Below, one piece after another: positions 29,744 to 32,000 of a stretch of DNA of 32,000 bases; the first letter of the stretch is position 1, and each line of letters begins with the position of its first letter. The notes below the pieces were generated by a model, which was not told the DNA's origin, did not search any database, and saw nothing but the letters and a program-made list of their open reading frames with translations. Made by a program: the position numbers and the translations under genes. Location of the stretch: contig JAWDOO010000003.1 of the NCBI GenBank assembly GCA_046533775.1, positions 1-32,000 of the forward strand, given 5' to 3'. The DNA comes from Candidatus Nanopusillus sp. Lineage in GTDB: Archaea; Nanobdellota; Nanobdellia; Nanobdellales; Nanobdellaceae.

Positions 29744-32000
29744 ATGGATATATTAAATGATTACAATAAATTATTATGTAAAATAATTAGAAATAACCAT
29801 AGAGGAATTGTTGTTTTATCTGGTAAAGATTATTTCGATATTTTATCAAATTTGCTAAAAATATATTATGAAAAAATTAAGAATTTTAAAGATAAAATAA
29901 AGATTTTATATATATCTGAAGAGTTTAATGGAGATTATTTATATAGGTTTCAAAAATTAAAAGAAAAGATAGATTTTTTAGATATAGAAAAAATTAAATA
30001 TAAAGATTCTAAAAAAATTTTGGGAAAAACATATGATATATTAATTTTAGATATGTATAAATCATTAACTCCAGATTATATAGGTAGAATTATTGAAACT
30101 TTATCTGGAATAGGTATTGCATTTTTCTTAATTAAAGATTTTGAACATTTTGAAGAAAATTATACAACCTTTCATGAACATTTATTAACTCCTCCATATA
30201 AGTTAGAAGATGTAAAAAAATATTTTGAATATAGATTCAAGAATAAATTACTTCAATATGATAATATAATTATATATGATACAGAAAATGGATTAATAAA
30301 AGGAATAAATGATGAATGTATATTAGAAGAAGCATATCCACCAGGAAGAAAGAAAATATTATTGCCAGATAATAGAAAATTTTCAGACAGAATATATAAA
30401 TTATGTTTAACACAAGACCAGACAAATGTTCTTTTTCTTCTAGAAAATTTATTAAGTAATGAAAGATCAATATATTTAATTATTGCAGATAGGGGAAGAG
30501 GAAAAAGTGCATCTCTTGGTTTAGCAATTTCTGGAATCTCGGAGATATTATTAAATAGTAAGAAAGTATATGATATAGGTATAACATCACCAGAATTTAA
30601 TAATGTAGAAACATTATTTGAATTCTTAAAGTTGGGATTAGATAAGAATAATATAAAATATAAGGAAATAAGTGAGAGAAAGATAGTAATAAACAATAAA
30701 ATATATATTGAATATAGAAAGCCATCTGAAATACTAGGAAAAAAATATGATATATTGTTTGTTGATGAAGCTGCAGGTATTGGTATAAATATATTATTAG
30801 AATATATCAAGAAATATAATAAAATTGTATTTTCTTCTACTATTCATGGATATGAAGGAGCTGGTAGATCTTTTTCTGTCAAATTTTTGAAATATCTAAA
30901 TTCTCTGAAAGATTTTAAGATATATAAATATAATATGGTTGAGCCAATTAGATATAATGATCAGGATCCAATTGAAAAATGGTTATATGATACATTACTA
31001 TTAGATTCTGAAGTTTCTGAAATTAATGAGAGTGATAAAGAGTTAATAAAAAATAAAGATGTAAGATTTTATAAAATACCAAAGAAAGAATGGTTTTATA
31101 ACGATGATCCAAAATTAAAGAATTTTGTTGGAATATATATTTTAGCGCATTATCAAAATAAACCAAATGATATAGCAATGCTTGCTGATGCACCACATCA
31201 TGATGCTTTTGTTTTAGAATTATCAAATGGAAAAATTGTAAATGGAATACACATTGCATATGAAGGTGGTATAGATGATGATACAATTAATAAAATGTTG
31301 AAAGATTATAAACCAAAAGGAAATATAATACCAGATATAATAGTTAAACATTATAGAATAAAGGAATTTGCTAAATTAAAGGGATTAAGAATTGTTAGAA
31401 TTGCTACAATACCAGAAATTCAAGGTATGGGTTTGGGATCCCTATCATTAGATAAATTATATAATTGGGCTAAGGAAAATAATTATGATTGGATTGGTTC
31501 TAGTTTTGGCGTAACTTATGAATTATTAAATTTCTGGCAAAAAAATAATTTTGTATTAATTCATTTATCTCCAGAAAAAAATAAGGTTTCTGGAGAATAT
31601 TCTGGTATAGTAATAAAACCAATAAATGAAGAATCAGAAAAAATGGTTAAAAAGTTAAATTATGAATTTAGATGGAGATTAATAAATCAGATATCAGATG
31701 TATATTTTGATTTATCTCCGGAACTAATATTAAAAATGTTAGAAACGCCATATAAATTTAAACCACATTATAAATTAAATTTGACAGATAATCAAATAGA
31801 AAGATTGGAAGGTTATTTATCTTCGCCTATGACATATGAAGCTGCTGCAGATGTTGTAAAATTATTATATATCTATTATTTATTATATACTGAAAAGGAT
31901 AAACCAAAGATAGATAAAGAAGAATTATTGATTGGAAAATTTTTATTATCATGGAGTTTTGCAAAGATATCTGATTATTTTAAAATAAAGAAGTTTGAGG
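29744..32000 (+). CDS. tmcA: tRNA(Met) cytidine acetyltransferase TmcA (Nat10/Kre33 family), 3'-partial (runs off the window; not in the ORF track)
   Basis: My own translation from the ATG at 29744 is open to nt 32000: MDILNDYNKLLCKIIRNNHRGIVVLSGKD... Walker A is 'IIADRGRGKSASLG' and Walker B-like is 'YDILFVDEAAGI'. 'FSSTIHGYEGAGRSF' is present, and a later GNAT region contains 'RIVRIATIPEIQGMGLGS'. Confidence 0.9.
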   Translation, partial: MDILNDYNKLLCKIIRNNHRGIVVLSGKDYFDILSNLLKIYYEKIKNFKDKIKILYISEEFNGDYLYRFQKLKEKIDFLDIEKIKYKDSKKILGKTYDILILDMYKSLTPDYIGRIIETLSGIGIAFFLIKDFEHFEENYTTFHEHLLTPPYKLEDVKKYFEYRFKNKLLQYDNIIIYDTENGLIKGINDECILEEAYPPGRKKILLPDNRKFSDRIYKLCLTQDQTNVLFLLENLLSNERSIYLIIADRGRGKSASLGLAISGISEILLNSKKVYDIGITSPEFNNVETLFEFLKLGLDKNNIKYKEISERKIVINNKIYIEYRKPSEILGKKYDILFVDEAAGIGINILLEYIKKYNKIVFSSTIHGYEGAGRSFSVKFLKYLNSLKDFKIYKYNMVEPIRYNDQDPIEKWLYDTLLLDSEVSEINESDKELIKNKDVRFYKIPKKEWFYNDDPKLKNFVGIYILAHYQNKPNDIAMLADAPHHDAFVLELSNGKIVNGIHIAYEGGIDDDTINKMLKDYKPKGNIIPDIIVKHYRIKEFAKLKGLRIVRIATIPEIQGMGLGSLSLDKLYNWAKENNYDWIGSSFGVTYELLNFWQKNNFVLIHLSPEKNKVSGEYSGIVIKPINEESEKMVKKLNYEFRWRLINQISDVYFDLSPELILKMLETPYKFKPHYKLNLTDNQIERLEGYLSSPMTYEAAADVVKLLYIYYLLYTEKDKPKIDKEELLIGKFLLSWSFAKISDYFKIKKFE

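Noticed and set aside
972-31286. Antisense or alternate-frame ORFs from the track: 972..1277-, 1998..2288-, 5006..5206+, 6485..6829-, 7220..7546-, 7937..8134-, 10578..10784+, 11275..11730+, 11947..12156+, 12669..12869-, 14908..15099-, 15670..16056-, 16826..17137-, 18189..18374-, 18311..18559-, 19178..19372-, 21747..22112-, 23805..23990+, 26838..27143+, 27314..27676+, 30253..30810-, 30270..30470-, 31023..31286-
   Set aside because: Each lies inside, and mostly opposite to, a gene with strong motif support (adkA, ppa/Alba, ychF, ncsA, AAA, rtcB, polB, pelota, L44e, GINS, tmcA and others). Their translations are low-complexity F/L/I/Y/S strings typical of shadow ORFs in AT-rich DNA, where stop codons are depleted on the antisense strand of K/N/E-rich genes.

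Overview
Archaeal window, very AT-rich (about three-quarters A+T by eye, not computed) and very gene-dense, with many 4-14 nt gene overlaps. Nearly all recognisable genes are information-processing housekeeping genes: archaeal adenylate kinase, NOP2/Sun RNA m5C methyltransferase, inorganic pyrophosphatase, S17e, Alba, a YchF-like GTPase, RNAP subunit N, an NcsA/TtuA tRNA thiolase, RtcB, an uninterrupted family-B DNA polymerase, Pelota, aIF2-alpha, Nop10, a PAC2-type proteasome chaperone, L44e, GINS, TmcA and the helicase half of reverse gyrase. Four strongly GC-rich tRNA genes (Leu-CAG, Arg-UCG, initiator Met, Gln-UUG) stand out against the AT-rich background, which is a hyperthermophile signature. 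Items not in the ORF track: nop10 (58 aa, 25355..25531), a 3'-open tmcA (29744..32000), the 5'-open extension of the first gene (1..927), and a textbook C/D box sRNA (19985..20034, minus strand). I see no defence island, CRISPR array, transposase or integrase. The observations most worth follow-up are: (1) reverse gyrase ending cleanly at the helicase/topoisomerase junction with no topoisomerase half nearby; (2) a phased array of TTAACA / TGTTAACA motifs in the 176-nt spacer right after it; (3) a cysteine-free aldehyde:ferredoxin oxidoreductase-like protein whose last codons are made of a tRNA gene; (4) two diverged DUF2341/LamG-like surface-protein paralogs flanking a 2.5-kb housekeeping segment; (5) a prepilin-peptidase-like gene followed by three sequon-rich extracellular proteins; (6) two coiled-coil proteins translationally coupled to polB. 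A split reverse gyrase, extreme compaction and the lack of metabolic genes suggest a reduced, Nanoarchaeota-like symbiont. That is an inference, not a demonstrated assignment.
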